This document shows positions 63,963-64,000 of a stretch of 64,000 nucleotides of DNA, one piece after another (the first letter of the stretch is position 1; each line of letters starts with the position of its first letter). The DNA comes from Acidimicrobiales bacterium. Lineage in GTDB: Bacteria > Actinomycetota > Acidimicrobiia > Acidimicrobiales > Bog-793. The notes beneath the pieces are model-generated. The model saw only the letters and a list, made by a program, of their open reading frames with translations. It did not search any database and was not told the origin of the DNA. The stretch is from assembly GCA_049523315.1 (NCBI GenBank), contig JBEKMZ010000003.1, positions 14,510 to 78,509 on the forward strand, in the 5' to 3' direction. A program made the position numbers and the translations under genes.

Positions 63963-64000
63963 GGGCCAGGACGCCGAGGACTCTTGAGCCTGGTATCGAG

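Noticed and set aside
1-64000. Search for CRISPR arrays, rRNA genes, IS elements/transposases, toxin-antitoxin pairs or recognisable defence systems.
   Set aside because: Reading both strands, I saw no regularly spaced repeats, no rRNA-like conserved blocks, and no DDE/tyrosine/serine recombinase or nuclease-helicase defence signatures. The UvrD-like helicase at 17955..19871 has ordinary repair-helicase motifs and no partner nuclease gene.

Overview
High-GC, densely coding chromosomal segment of actinobacterial type. The lineage call is an inference from composition and the rimO-pgsA-cinA...recA synteny. I support about 60 protein genes, 3 tRNAs and 1 riboswitch. I saw no rRNA, CRISPR array, transposase or integrase. 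Note that the ORF track prints M for GTG starts; several long ORFs are N-terminally over-extended and I trimmed them where a better start is visible.

Left third (1-21.6 kb), mostly housekeeping:
- LarA-like protein (5' truncated by the window edge) and a PlsC-type acyltransferase.
- A tauE-DUF1634-gntR operon with a divergent LysR regulator.
- GNAT, DsbA-like protein and a CoA-transferase.
- recA with a Cheo-type SOS box, and cinA-pgsA-rimO.
- A PH/SHOCT membrane protein, a Ddl paralogue plus a membrane-anchored MurF-like ligase, and a UvrD-like helicase.
- An Rrf2 regulator.

Centre (22.5-44.3 kb), the standout region: every gene is on the minus strand and forms one sulfur supercluster. In transcription order it runs:
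- cysK, cysE, tusA, dsrE;
- sHdr-like hdrC1-hdrB1-hdrA-hyp and a soluble HdrD-like protein;
- a lipoate-assembly module (2 LplA-like ligases, 2 radical-SAM proteins, GcvH-like LbpA);
- etfB-etfA and a membrane HdrD-like ETF:quinone oxidoreductase (Emo/EtfD type), then a second LbpA;
- after an AT-rich gap, a DsrE/F-like protein;
- after a second AT-rich gap, a Family 2A encapsulin shell gene and a cysteine desulfurase with a long disordered N-terminal cargo-loading extension.
The physical union of the nanocompartment with the sHdr/LbpA/ETF machinery is the most interesting thing here.

Right third (45-64 kb):
- A CHASE-like GGDEF-EAL sensor, followed by a coding-poor decayed stretch.
- A 44-nt copy of the 3' half of tRNA-Arg(TCT). 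Together with the intact tRNA it brackets a protease-MoxR-DUF58-VWA-VWA operon.
- tRNA-His and tRNA-Lys, and a GT-C-type membrane protein.
- A cobalamin riboswitch driving two secreted proteins that together resemble a split transcobalamin (alpha/alpha-barrel plus DUF4430), followed by an ECF transporter (T, fused A-A', S).
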